From NCBI GenBank assembly GCA_000708835.1, contig DF236971.1, positions 1 through 64,000 of the forward strand: a stretch of 64,000 nucleotides of DNA, read 5' to 3'. Of the stretch, positions 1-11,804 are shown piece after piece; the stretch's first letter is position 1; each line of letters opens with the position of its first letter. This DNA comes from Klebsormidium nitens. Its lineage: Eukaryota; Plantae; Klebsormidiophyceae. The notes beneath the pieces are model-generated. The model did no database searches. It saw only the letters and a list, made by a program, of their open reading frames with translations, and had not been told where the DNA came from. The translations under genes and the position numbers were made by a program.

Positions 1-290
1 TGGTTTCCACACATGTGAAGTAGACAGGCAGCGTGTAAACCCTGTCCAACCGTCACAATGCTGAGTCAAGTTCAAGTGTGCGCTTAAGCAACTGATTGCC
101 AATTTCTGTGCAAGCTGAAACAACCGCCACTAGAACGAATCTGGTCGAAATATAGGATTGAAACGCCAGAGTCTAGTCTAACAAGGCATCAGTCAATCAA
201 AATAGCAGCTTACAAAAAGACTATAGACTTCAATATCTTGCTGCTTTGCGCTCGGAAACGCTACAAACCAGCAAAACCCCTGATCGTAAC

Positions 291-3266
291 CTGACCCCTT
301 GACAAACGCACCGGTCTTGATTCCAGAACGATTTTCGACTTCATGAAGAATGACACTAACTTCCAAACGTAGCTGAGATTCCCCCAATCTGACGTGTCCG
401 AGTCCGGCAGGAAGCGGCCCGTGACGTAGACATTGGTCCCCGGGTCGGTCGCCGCGTCAAGGCGCGCGTAGTTCTTGGGAACTCCCTGAATCAGATTGTC
501 GCTTCCGAATATGGAGGTCCAGTAGGTCGGGTTCAGAATATTGTCCAGATTCACGATTCGGACCTGCGTAGAAAGCCATCTATGGTTCGTAAACAGGGTT
601 TAGGCTTTCAGGATTAGGGTCTTGAGATTCGCACCTTCCGCTTACCTTCCATAAAAACATGTCGACGTCTCCTGAAGAGCGGGAAAGCATATGCAGTCTG
701 GGAATCCTTAGAGTTATCGTTCATCAAAAGGGTTACGAGCAAGGGTGACGAGAGCCCACATTCGTTGCCTGTCCCAAGCTAGCTAGCTCATCGGATAGGA
801 GATGAATTTTATTTTGGTCCATCTTCTAATCAGAGTCCTGCTGGTTGGCTAACACGAGAGCGGTTTTGATAGATTGCTGGCGGTTCGTGATGCGTCTAGA
901 AGGCCCCTTGACGCAGGCAAGCTTGGATCTGTCGAGTCAATGTGAGCATTCAGGTCGCTTGAAAACGGTTTGACAAGAGTACAGTCTCACGAGATTAACG
1001 TCCTGATCGCCTCGAAAATCGAAAGCTTCATTTCTTGTAGCAGGGATTCCGGTACCATCGTTCAGACGCATACTGATTGGAAAGACCAGCAATACGTCAC
1101 TTCCTCACAAATACGCCGTCAGCGCGTACCATTAAGCAAGTACTGATTTACCGCTGGGAAAGTGGGCAGAATGGAATAAAAGCTGTTCCTTGGATAAGAT
1201 CGAATCTAAATCAACGGCTCACATTGATCGATCCGTAGCTCGGCCCAGCCGGCCCCTGCTGCCCCGCAAAGTACCCTCTCCGCCGCGTCACGTCGAGAAC
1301 CGCCCCGGAAAAGTTTACGCCGGAACTAGAGTTAGCACTGGGTTTGGTGCCCATGATCCAGGTCGGGGGATCTGACCGGAGGGTGGTTAAGTTCATAACC
1401 ACCGCCGGTGCCATATCTACCGAGCTGATGAGATACTTCTTGACGGAGTCGTAGTCGATCGTCTTAGGCGCGCCGGAGCCGGCGCCCGTAAAGTTGCCGG
1501 TTCCCGTCATCGTGATGGTAGTTATGTTTGGAGGAGAAACTGCAGAACAGGATCGTGTCACGTCGATATTCTTGTTCTGCGGTCCGTCCTGGGGGGCCCA
1601 TGAGATCCGTTCGGTGAAAGATGCGATTTGACGGTTGTTACGTTGGGGACTAAGACTGCAAGCAAGACGTTAAGTTGGATTGTTGTGGCCTGCGATCCCT
1701 CTAGATTGTAATACTCGTAAAACCTTTCTGTTCTTTCAACGGATCGTTATGTCGGCGGGGGCCGCAACTGCAAGCGAGAGGATAAGTAGTTCGATTCTGT
1801 CGTGCGAAGCGTGATCTTTTTGAACGGATTGTGCCAAAATTTCGTACTTGTAGACCCGTGCAGCTTCTCTGTCCTTTGAGCTTGAGACAGATTAGGTGTA
1901 CGAGTTGATGCAGAAAGACCCGGGCCAATCATGGGGGGAAGACTGGCCAGACTTGAGTTACTCTGATGATTCTCTTCTTCTACAAAAACTCACGCGTGCA
2001 TCAAAATCCGTCTGGTCCCACTTAAGCAGATACACACCTGGAAATCTGCTCCGTCTCTTTTCACAAAACTGAAGCAACGCCATTTTCCCCATGACTTTGA
2101 AGCTAACGACCTGGCCTCGGAACTCCAAAGAAACAACACCTATGCGTTACGTTCTTCGTGTCCCGCAACTTTGACCACTGCAGAGTCGCAGGTTGAAGCG
2201 CAAAAAACGAACAACTAGATGCGAGAGGCCGTTTTGGAGACGTACCCGTGTATTCAATAGCATACCACACGGGTGAGGACGCATTTCCCCCCGTTTCTCC
2301 TCCGGCGAACAAGATCCCCCGGACGGTGTCGAGGCCGAGTTTCATTTGCGTCACGTTCGCGTTTGCGATCGTCAGCTGGATGAGCAGCGTCTGGGGGCAC
2401 TTGAAGATGGCGGCGTATGAGTTCTAGGCGTCTAGGGTACTGGGAAACATGTAGACCTGCGCAACGACGATAGATTTTGATGAAGGGCCCTTCTCCGGGA
2501 AGGGACATCGAGCTTGATTTTTGCGAGACAGAGCGGCTGCGTGCGGGCACTTCGTAGTATACCATCCTGCCTTCAGTGCTGAACTCGAAAACAACTTTTT
2601 ACCGCCTTTGTCTGACTTCCTTCTGCGTTCCACAATTTGGGTTTACGTGGATTCATAGTTGCTGTTTTGGAAACAATTGTTTCTTGGGTCTTGTCGAAAG
2701 AGACATCAGCAAGTGGTAAAGGACTGCCCACTCTGTAAGTTTGGGACCCGTTTGGGATGCAATACCGAACCTTTGCTACCCTCAACTTGGGGTCAGTACA
2801 CTGGTACCCTGGTACAATGAAAGCCTTACTGCGCAAGCTTCCTCGTAAGATGGACAAGTGCATTGAAATCAGCAGGTAGACTTTCAATCGCCCAGCACCG
2901 CATACAGGAGCTACTTGTGCAAGACGTTTGGAGGAGTTCAAAGCTACCCGGATCTTCAACCCTTCTTTCCGCAAGCTGGCCTCTCTTCTCAGACATTGTA
3001 CCGAGGTAAAGTCAACTGCTCACCTCGCCATTCCAGCTGGTAAACAGCAGCTCCCGCGTCTCGTCCACGTAGATGGGCCCCGCATTGTAAGGGTTGACGT
3101 CCGTCCCCAAACTGAGGGACGAATAAATGTACTGCTGACCGAGCCCAGTCTGACGCGCACACAGGGGCTGTACGTGCGCAAAAGGTACTGCCGCCCAAAA
3201 GGTTGCTGCGCTCGCGAGAAGGACGAGAAGACCTCCTGATGGCGCCATCATAGGTGGGCTTACCAT
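291..3266 (-). CDS. Secreted beta-propeller-like protein, multi-exon; internal exons only partly resolved and the 3' end probably lies further left or off-window
   Basis: The N-terminus is a hydrophobic signal peptide (MVSPPMMAPSGGLLVLLASAATFWAAVPFAHVQ). GT-AG-bounded exons lie at 3266-3024, about 2423-2246, about 1656-1223 and 563-291; the last two join in phase 0 (GPSYGSIN|VRIVNLDN). A phi-D-x-x-R-x-phi-phi motif recurs (IYVDETRELLF, LGLDTVRGILF, VLDVTRRRGYF), as in propeller blades. No specific family recognised. Confidence 0.6.
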
Positions 3267-4666
3267 GGGGTGCGTTTCAAACCCTTAGTGTCAAAGTTCT
3301 GACGTTTTACATGAGGTTTTACCAGTTCATTCTGATGCTACCATGATAGAAGCGGCGTACGGGGCAGCTTCTCAAGCAGTGTCTCTTCCTGTGAAGCTGG
3401 CTCGGTAGAGAGATGGTTTCAAATTGACACGGATCCGTTACTGAGCCCCCCGATTGAACAGCTTCCTTTCTGGCAGCAACTACTTCCTGTAAGGAAGTAT
3501 CAGCTTAATGCAGGTCTTGCCGCAAGCCGCAGAGTGTGGTCACCCCGCGAGCCCCGTTGAGGGGCCCTCGAAGCGTTAGTACACATACGTTCTCCCACAG
3601 CTACAGGCTTGACCAAGAGATTGCTTGCCTTGTTTTCCAAAAGAAATGCTGATTAGAGCTTGGGTCCTGCTTTTCAACATCCTGCTGGACGTGTTTCAAA
3701 CGTTCCTGCTTGGATATAATAGCACCACATGCCGCCCTTGACAGCCCGACCCTAGTTTCAGCAGCCTGAATTTAAGACATGGATCAACTGGATTATGCAG
3801 TACTCAGAACATGTCTGAACGACGTCACTTTGTCACTTTTACCTGTCAGACCGCGGGCTTTGGGCAGGCTGTGGAGCAGCCAAGTCAGCCACCATGGCGA
3901 CAAAATTATTGGTTTCGTACAACGTGAGGGCTCATGGGAAGTGTGTGAATAAATGCAGGGGCAGTCTGCCATCAAGTGAGTCTCGCAACAGTACCGTACA
4001 GGTTCCCAGATTCTTGGTTGACAGAGGAACAGACTAGAAGGAACTGAGCCAGACGGATATACGTAATAGTACCCGCAAAACCCCGCAGCACAGCAGATCC
4101 GACTCCAGAAAATTTCAAACAACCTGAGCCAAGTACCCACATGCTGGGACGTCTTGACATCAGCAGCGAGTCGGACAGCCTACTCTCCTGCTTATATCTT
4201 ATATAAGAGGTAGGTAGTCAAAACTTGAATTCTTGAATCATGTACCGGGCGGGCCCCGCAAACCGGTACCAGAGTCTAGAAGCGCGCGCACAGGTTTTTG
4301 AACCTACAATTACAACAATCGGACGGCGCACCAACAAGGAGATCAAAAAGTTCGACGAGCAGTGCGCTTGCGCTCGTTTGCTGGATCGCTGCTTTTATCG
4401 ACGTCGAAAGCTGTGCCTTTGCTTCGCGCCAGAATTTGCAGCCGAAAAAGTTCAAAAGTTTGAATGCTCTTCAAGTTCAAAGTCAAAGCAGTGCTACAGC
4501 TTGCTTTTTTGCGCCGCGACTCGCGAGCCTTGAGGATCTGCTTTACCCGTCATCTCTTGTCAATGTTGAGCCAGCCATTCCTGTGATTCCAGACCATTAA
4601 AAGGTGGAAAAGGAGGTGCAGGATATTAGCGGTGCGAGCAGGGGAGGTTGCCAAGCACTCGTAGAC

Positions 4667-6989
4667 ATGGCATCAGGTCCTGCAAGGAAGCGGCCGAGGA
4701 GACGCTTGGGCCACACCTTGCAGAAACCATCCAAGACAACTCCAGGCCTCGACTCTGAGTGCCAGTGGGAGAAGCTGCCGGACGACGTCATCACTCGCAT
4801 CCTCAGCTTGGCGAGCTTGAAAAAGGAGAAGCCATCAGAAAGTAAGGATGCATGCCTTGAGAAAGGGGACTGGCCGGGGGGCACGCTCCCACTCTCCGCA
4901 GCAAGTCTCTGCAAGCTGGGAGCCGTCTGCTCCATGTTTCGGCGGCTGGTGCCGCAGGTGGAAAGCGTAGCCTGGGAGTTTGAGTACAGCTTTTCGGGTC
5001 CGAACGTGCTGGCGCTCGTACAGTTTGCCAAGAGGGCGCAGATGCTGCGGGGGCTGAGGATCTACCGGGAGTATGACCTGGGGCCGATTCTCGCTGAGGA
5101 TCTGACCGCCATCCTGAGAGCATCCCCCCAGCTGACCACGTTAGAGCTGCACGAGAGCGTTGTAGACGATTCTTATGAGTCTGACGAGGAGTTTGACGGG
5201 GATGGGGAGCAAACGGGGGTCCCCTTTACTGCCCAGCAGCTGTTTGATGCGCTGGCGAACTGCCCCCAGTTGGTCGCCGTCAGCCTTTGGCTGGAACACC
5301 TGGACCTCGTCAAGCCCTTCAAAGTGAGCCATTCGTTTTGCAACCTGCGACAGCTGTCGCTGAATACTCGGGGGACCATCGTTTCAGACGGGCTAGTGTC
5401 CGGCGCCGCGGTCGCATACCTCGTCCGGTTGTGTCCAAATCTGCAGAGCCTCTCCCTGCGAGCCGAGCCAGACGGCACAGGAAAGCTGTTCCTGGTGTCC
5501 GGTTCGCTTGAGGTCGTGGACTTGGTGGGCTTTGCAGTACTCAAGCTCAGACTGGAGACCCCCTCTCTAGTTACCTTGCGCCTCGGTTGGTGCCCCGAGA
5601 GGGTCGTACTGCAGGCCCCCCAGCTGGCCACCTTCCAGTGCACCAACGCAGTGTTCAATCTGTCAGAGTTCAAGCTAGCCGTGCCTTGGCAACTCACAGA
5701 GCTTATCTTGAGTGAGGAGATCGAACAGGAGGAGCTGTTAGCCGGCCTCGTTCTCTGCCCTGGGCTGAAGCGTCTCGATCTCTCGGGGCTGACTTTCACG
5801 TATGGCCACTTTGACCTTAGAACCATGAGAGCGTTGGCCGGCCTCAAGCACTTAGAGGAGCTTCTCATCGACAGCGAGGTGGCCATGGAGGAGCAAAACG
5901 AGGGTTCGGACGAGGGTGACTTTGACTTGACTCCTGAGAACATCATGGAAGTGGTGCTCCCCAGCTTGCGTTCTCTAAGGGTGAACCTGGCAACTGCCGA
6001 GTGCCTCTCGTTCGCGGGGCTGTTTGTGATGCGAGCACCGAAGCTGCGCGAGTTGGTTCTAGGCGTGGGGGACTTGAACCGCGGGGGTTGCAACTGCTTC
6101 GGTGCCGACGGGCTGTGCTTGGGCGTCAAGGGAGAGATCATTGGCTTCCAAATGGATGTTGCTATGCTTAACCCCGAGGTTAGGGTGAGGTTAGACACCA
6201 CCCCCTCCAAACCCGCTGAAGATTCCTGCGAGTCGGACGAGGATCCGGATGACAGTGAGGATGACCTAGACCTTTCAGACGTGCAAGGGTATTTCGGGGG
6301 GGACTCGGAGAGCGATGGCAGCGGCGGGGGGCGCTCCGAGAGTGAGGAAATGGGGGAGCGCTTCGAGGTTGGGGATTCAGAGGGCGAGGTATCGGAGGAA
6401 GAGGGATTCGCGGGGGAGGCAAGCAGTGACGAGTCAGGGAGTGAAGAGGATGTTGCTGTTGTTAACCGTGAGGATTTTGACTTCCATGATCCGGAACAGG
6501 ACGATGCTAGTGACTGGGAGGAGGGGAGGGAGGCGTGGGGGGCGGGGCTGTCTAGTCAGGTGGAAGGAGGCAAGGTAAGTGTTTAGGTCTGCCCTTTCTC
6601 AGGCAAGGTGATCGAGCTGATTGCTTAAGAGGACATTCTTCGATTGTTCGAGCACAGGAAGCAAGGAAGGCAGACAAGCATACAGCCTTTGCAACTATGC
6701 AGCGAAACTAGGCTGGAGAATCTGCATGGAATTCAAAACTCCGTTGCCTGGCAAGCATCAATTCTGTAGCCTGCTGCTCCAGTCTCTCATAGATTACATC
6801 TGAGATTCCCTCTTCTTTGCTACAACAAAAGGTGCAGCTTTGCGGGAATAACCAGAAGGCTGCGATTCGAGATCCGTTAACTCATCAGAGAATTTGTCTT
6901 CCCTTCTTCAAGGTCCAGCTTTTGGGCCGCTCTCTCAATCACAACATACTGAGCTGACCCACCTCATTTACTTGCAGGTCCAGACTTAG
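4667..6989 (+). CDS. F-box/LRR (RNI-like) protein with acidic low-complexity C-terminal tail
   Basis: First ATG of the 660-aa ORF is at 4667. It has an F-box motif (EKLPDDVITRILSL...LGAVCSMFRRLV), LRR-like LxxLxL repeats (LRGLRI, LTTLEL, LRQLSL, LQSLSL, LKRLDLS, LRSLRV) and a D/E/S-rich tail. A strong donor AAG|GTAAGT at 6574/6575 probably splices to a tiny last exon at 6978-6989 (VQT*); unspliced, the ORF stops at 6586. Confidence 0.85.
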
Positions 6990-7883
6990 TGTGAGACTCT
7001 CCGTCATTATTACAAGACACTTCAATGAGCAAGACGCCAGGTGTTGGTTGTATACCTGTAACATGTTGGAGAGAAGTGCAAGAGGATGAGCAAGGTGACG
7101 TTCAAAGTTTCTGCAATGCTATAAGAACATTGATTATGCTGTGACTCGTCAGTCTGTCGATTGGGTTACCAATTGCTACGTACCGCGGCGTTGGTTGACT
7201 ATGTAAACTACTTAACCTGCAACGTCCGGGCCCCTGCACATGCATGAAGCTAGCCATGAGTTCTCAGATACCGGCCCATGCGAAAGCTGAGCCCTTTACA
7301 GGCCCGGCAGCGGCTGCGCGCATGTGTTCGCTCCACTGCTTCAAACATGCAATGTCCGATTGAATGTTTTAGTGTACGGGTTTATAAGATTGAATCAAGT
7401 TCTTGTTGACATTATGAGTGCCGGTTCAGTCCAAGGAGCTCAGCACATTCGGTCGCATGCGCATATGCGGTGGAGAACATGAAAAAAATCGATTGACGTA
7501 AGAGTTCTACATCCGGGCATTGAATCAGTACACTGTGATATATTCATTTATGGACGATCGCCCATCGTGACGCCTTGAAGCGTTTCTCTAAAGGCGGTCC
7601 GGACCTCCTCGGGCACCCTCGAACATGCACCGCGCGGACAGTGCACTGCACCCATGCATTGCTTCTTTGCGGCTGAGCAGCGCTTGCAAGAACCGCTTGG
7701 CACTTACCGGCGGTTGAGAAGACCAGCCAATGATCTGTCTCAACTCACGGCCCCTGCCATTGAACTTTTGTGACAGTCCTTGTGCTGTGGCCCGCACGAT
7801 CCCGTGTGCGTCCGTCTGTCGACGGAGAGAGGCCGGCTGTAAGTCTCGAGAAGTCGCCTTATGGCCTGAGGCACAGGGACATA

Positions 7884-10800
7884 TCAGCCCAAAGGTACTC
7901 CTGAGGGCGTGTCGAAGAGTCGCCGCTTCCGCACTTTTCCCTGGTTGTCTGAACCGGACGCGTGTGCCGTCCTAGAAGCGTGATAGCTCTCAGCCACGTC
8001 TGCAAAGACGCAAGGGAGCGAACATGTCAAAATAGAACCGCAGAGCCACTTATTTGGAAAGAAAAGCCTTATCATGTTTAATGCCGCTGATGGGGTCCCA
8101 AACTAATCTGGACTCCATGCGAAAAGACACTGCAGGATGCAAGAGAAGATGCAATCGACAACACAGAGGTCAGCACGAAAAGCGCGGAATGGGATGAACG
8201 TTGCGGGCAGGTATGGTGCGCACCCTTTGGAACCCGCTAGCCGGAAAGCCGAGCTCTCCCGGTATAGGATGCTACGCACGGCTCCCGAGAAAGCGACGTC
8301 TGCTGCCTCGCTGCTGGACTTGGCCGGAGTCGACTCAACCGTGTCCTGCGCAAGGGATGGAAAGATCAGCAAACAAGTGGATACGATGTACGTGGTTTCG
8401 GTACTGCGACTCAGAGCTGTAGACGGCTGTAGGCGCGCGCTTCAATGCTTGAACATAGGATTGTGAGTTTGTATTCGGTCGGCGTTGCTCAAGAAAGCAA
8501 TGTTCCAAAACCTCGGAGACATGCTCCTCTAATTCTGACGACTTCAGTGTTTGCCGCCTTCTTGTAGCTCTACGAGGAGAGGACTACTGTTCAGAAACGT
8601 CACTCCACACTAAAGTAAGCAGGACCTTGTACTTTGAACTTCCCGCAATGGTTGCAGAAGGGAGAGGACTAATTGTCAGAACGGATGGAAGGAGAACAGG
8701 GACTCCTGGCGGACTCCAGAGGTACCCCCTTTTACTATAACCCTCCGATGGACGTTCAAGATTGCAAATTCGTCTAACCCAGATCGTCGATCCGATAGGG
8801 TTACAGTTAGGAGGGGTCCTAATTTTGCTTTGGGAGTCCATGTTCTCCGTCCTTCCGTATTGTCAAGCAACTCTTCTTGAAAGTTCGAATTATTCTTTGC
8901 AAAAGATTTTCAGGGAAGAGTTTCCGACTTGACCGTGTGGGCCTCGTATTTGCCGGGGTCAGCCGATCGAAGTCAATACATAGGATAGATAGGACAAAGC
9001 CATAAGCCGGTGCAGTCTCTCCTAATCTGTAACTCATTCGTCGTTTCAATTCAGTCTTCGCCCCCAAAACAAGCCCTCGAAACAACTTCCGTTCGAGTAT
9101 CACAAGATAGCATGGACCCTCTTACTTCGTAAAAAACGTTTCGTGGAACCTCACCCCCTTAATTGCGACCACCCACCAAAGCACGAAACCCCGAGGGCTT
9201 ATTCCCCCACCGCCCTGAGGGCCCATTCTCACCTCGACCTCCCGCAGCTTCCCCAGGTACCAGTCCCGCTCCACGAGCACCCCTAGGTGGCACCTTCGCA
9301 GGGCGCGCTCCCGTTCCGCCATGTCATTGTGCATTGCCAGCAGCCGCCGGAGGCGCGCGAGCGGCTCTTTGAGCAGAAGCTTGTTCTCGTCGTTGTCCTC
9401 TTGAGCGTCCATGTCCGCAAAGATCTGCTTCAGGTTGTCCCACACGTCAATGTCGTCTCCGCTGGTGGACGCGGCTTCGACGGGGTCGGAGGCTTGCTGG
9501 GAGGCGGGGTCGCAGCCTGACACGTGGCAAAAAAGCGAGTTGGCCTCAAGTCCGTCTGCAATTGTTAGACTTACTTGTGGAAGCGCTTTCTTATTGGTTC
9601 CAATGATGTAGGACAATCTTAGCAGGCAGTGTCAATCGGCAACATTTGAATAGGAGACTGTTTTGCAAGTGACTGCTTGTCGCCTGTCCTCAGGCTGAGG
9701 TTTGCGCAAAATGAATCGATTGATTGAAAAAGTGAAAGAAGGAAATTACACCAGGCAATTTGGGAAGAAGAAGATACCAGCCGTTATTGGTAGAAAGTCG
9801 ATTTAAAATCATGACCTAGTTTGAAGGGAAACAAAGAACCTGGCAGTGATTTTATGGGCCCAAAGTGCCAGCAAATGCACCCTCAAGCTACCTTGAGGGC
9901 TGCCCTGAATACACAATCAATCGGCATCTGCCAAACCAATATCTCCTGGGAAAGAGCGGATGCATGTGATTAGCTGGGGTCCCTGAAGAGACAGAGGTCT
10001 AGACGTGCGGAGTGCCGATGCAAATTCTGACCTGCGACTACTCACCATCGATGCTCCCTCGGCCGTCTTCATCTTCTGAGGACGAGAGAAGCTCTGCCAA
10101 CAAAGAACGAGGTGTAAATTGGCAATGTCATTCCGGCTGGGCTTGGGCAACAGGAAGCCGTTGTTCTCCAAGCAGTCTGACTTTTGTTATGCTTCAAGGT
10201 CCAAACAGTTTGCTAGGCATGCGGGCAATGGGCTATTGTACTTCTCTGTACAGAAAAAGCAAGACCCCAAACAGAAACTTGACAAGTCTGCTCGAAGATG
10301 CCGGGAGATCCGTACAGTGACGCGGCGTCAAAGGTGGTCAACCCAGGCAACAAAAGTGGTACTATCGTGCATGTACTATCTCACCACCGACTGGGGCCAG
10401 CTGGTTGCGCGTGTATCTAATGGAGGGGAGTTGATCAGGACCTACAGATTGTGAAAGAAGGTGATCAATAAGTTCCTGGTGAAGACATATAACCTTAGCA
10501 TCAAAAAGGATACGAGGAGATCCCTCTGGCAATGCATTTCAGCTGCCAGGACACACCACTCCTTGTGATGCTTGTTCGATGAAAGAAGTTGTTTGGAAGA
10601 TTCTCTACAATGGCAGTATGGATCATGGGTCTTCTGCATCACTTGCTCCTGAGTGTACAACTGTGATCCACAATTCTGCGGGGATTCCCAAACCCGTGCA
10701 GTCAAGACAAGAAGAAGCAATAGACATCTTAGATCCATTGTACGCACTTTGTTGATAATCTTCGGCCCTTCGACATGAGCCCCACACGAATTGGCGGCAC

Positions 10801-11035
10801 ACTTTTTCTCACCTTGAACCGCTTGATCTACTTCCAGGTCCTGATCCGACTCGGGCTCGTCATAGTCATCAGACAAGAACGCTTTCTCAGCTGTCTCCGC
10901 TTCTGCATATTTCTGTGCAATGTAGGGAGCTGGAGCCTGCCCCGCCTTAGCCATCCCTTGAATTCCAAAATGATCGAAGGGTTTTCTCCACAAATGAAAT
11001 TGCAGTGGCCTAGCGCCTCCAGGCTCCACTCTCCC
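7884..11035 (-). CDS. EB1 C-terminal (EBH) domain-containing protein; 5' end unresolved
   Basis: Exon 9555-9233 ends VERDWYLGKLREVE and splices in phase 0 to exon 8345-8234 (DTVES...AVRSILYRESSAF). Together they match the EB1 signature ERDFYFGKLRxIE...ILYAxxxF. A phase-1 join leads to the last exon 7999-7884 (KVRKRRLFDTPSGVPLG*). Upstream exon fragments lie at about 10030-10070, 10385-10440 and about 10750-11035. Confidence 0.65.
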
Positions 11036-11804
11036 CTAGCTTCTAGGGTTTGGTGCCATGTCCGGCCCTGTTCATTTGTTTAGGCGTCGGTTTGGTACTT
11101 GACCCGGGCCCAGCCATGCACTGGCAGTCTATGCAGCTACCGTAGTTGACCTGCGACACAAGTCAACAAAACGGGTTAGCCCAACCTCATAGCGGCCGCG
11201 GGATCGTGCACTGCGGCCGCCTGTCTGCGCGCAACCCTGCCGAAAAACGAGTTTGAACGCGCGCGCGTTTTCCTGGGGCAAAATGGCGCTGGTGAGAGAG
11301 GACTTGAAAACCTGCGCTCCATTGGCATGGGAGCTATCCCGGCCTATCCGCGTCCAGACCTCCTGATGGAAACTCCAAGCACAATATTGGCGCTTTGCTA
11401 AGGCAGAAGAGATGCAAGGCTTATGCATTTGCGGCACTGCAGGTGAAAGCAGGGGTTTCCTGCATTGCTTGGAGGTGGAATTCAAGTGCTCAAACCCTAG
11501 AAGTGAAACCCTAATCAGCACTCATTCGCATGAGGAGTTTTTTAACGTTTCTCATTCGCCCGAGGTAAGAATGGATATTTAGTGCCAGCTTGTGGCACTG
11601 TTGCTCTAGAAAGCGGGTTGCCATCAAACCCCAAGCTGAACGAAGGCTGGTAGGTTGAGGTTCTTTGATAATTGGAGACGATGCTCACTTTGCATCAAGT
11701 AGAGTCAAGGAACGCAAGTTGCCCAGGCGAGTTGCATACTCGAGGGGCCAGCCATTACTTCTGATTAAAGAGCAGGAAGCCAATGTGCTCTTGGCTAGAA
11801 CACA

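Noticed and set aside
3793-4600. ORFs between the first two genes (3793-4140, 4240-4533, 4298-4600)
   Set aside because: No domain signal. The in-frame stop at 4598-4600 precedes the F-box ORF, so this is probably promoter or 5'UTR.
5173-6210. 345-aa minus-strand ORF
   Set aside because: It is the antisense shadow of the F-box/LRR exon, with Ser/Arg-rich composition typical of reverse frames and no domain.
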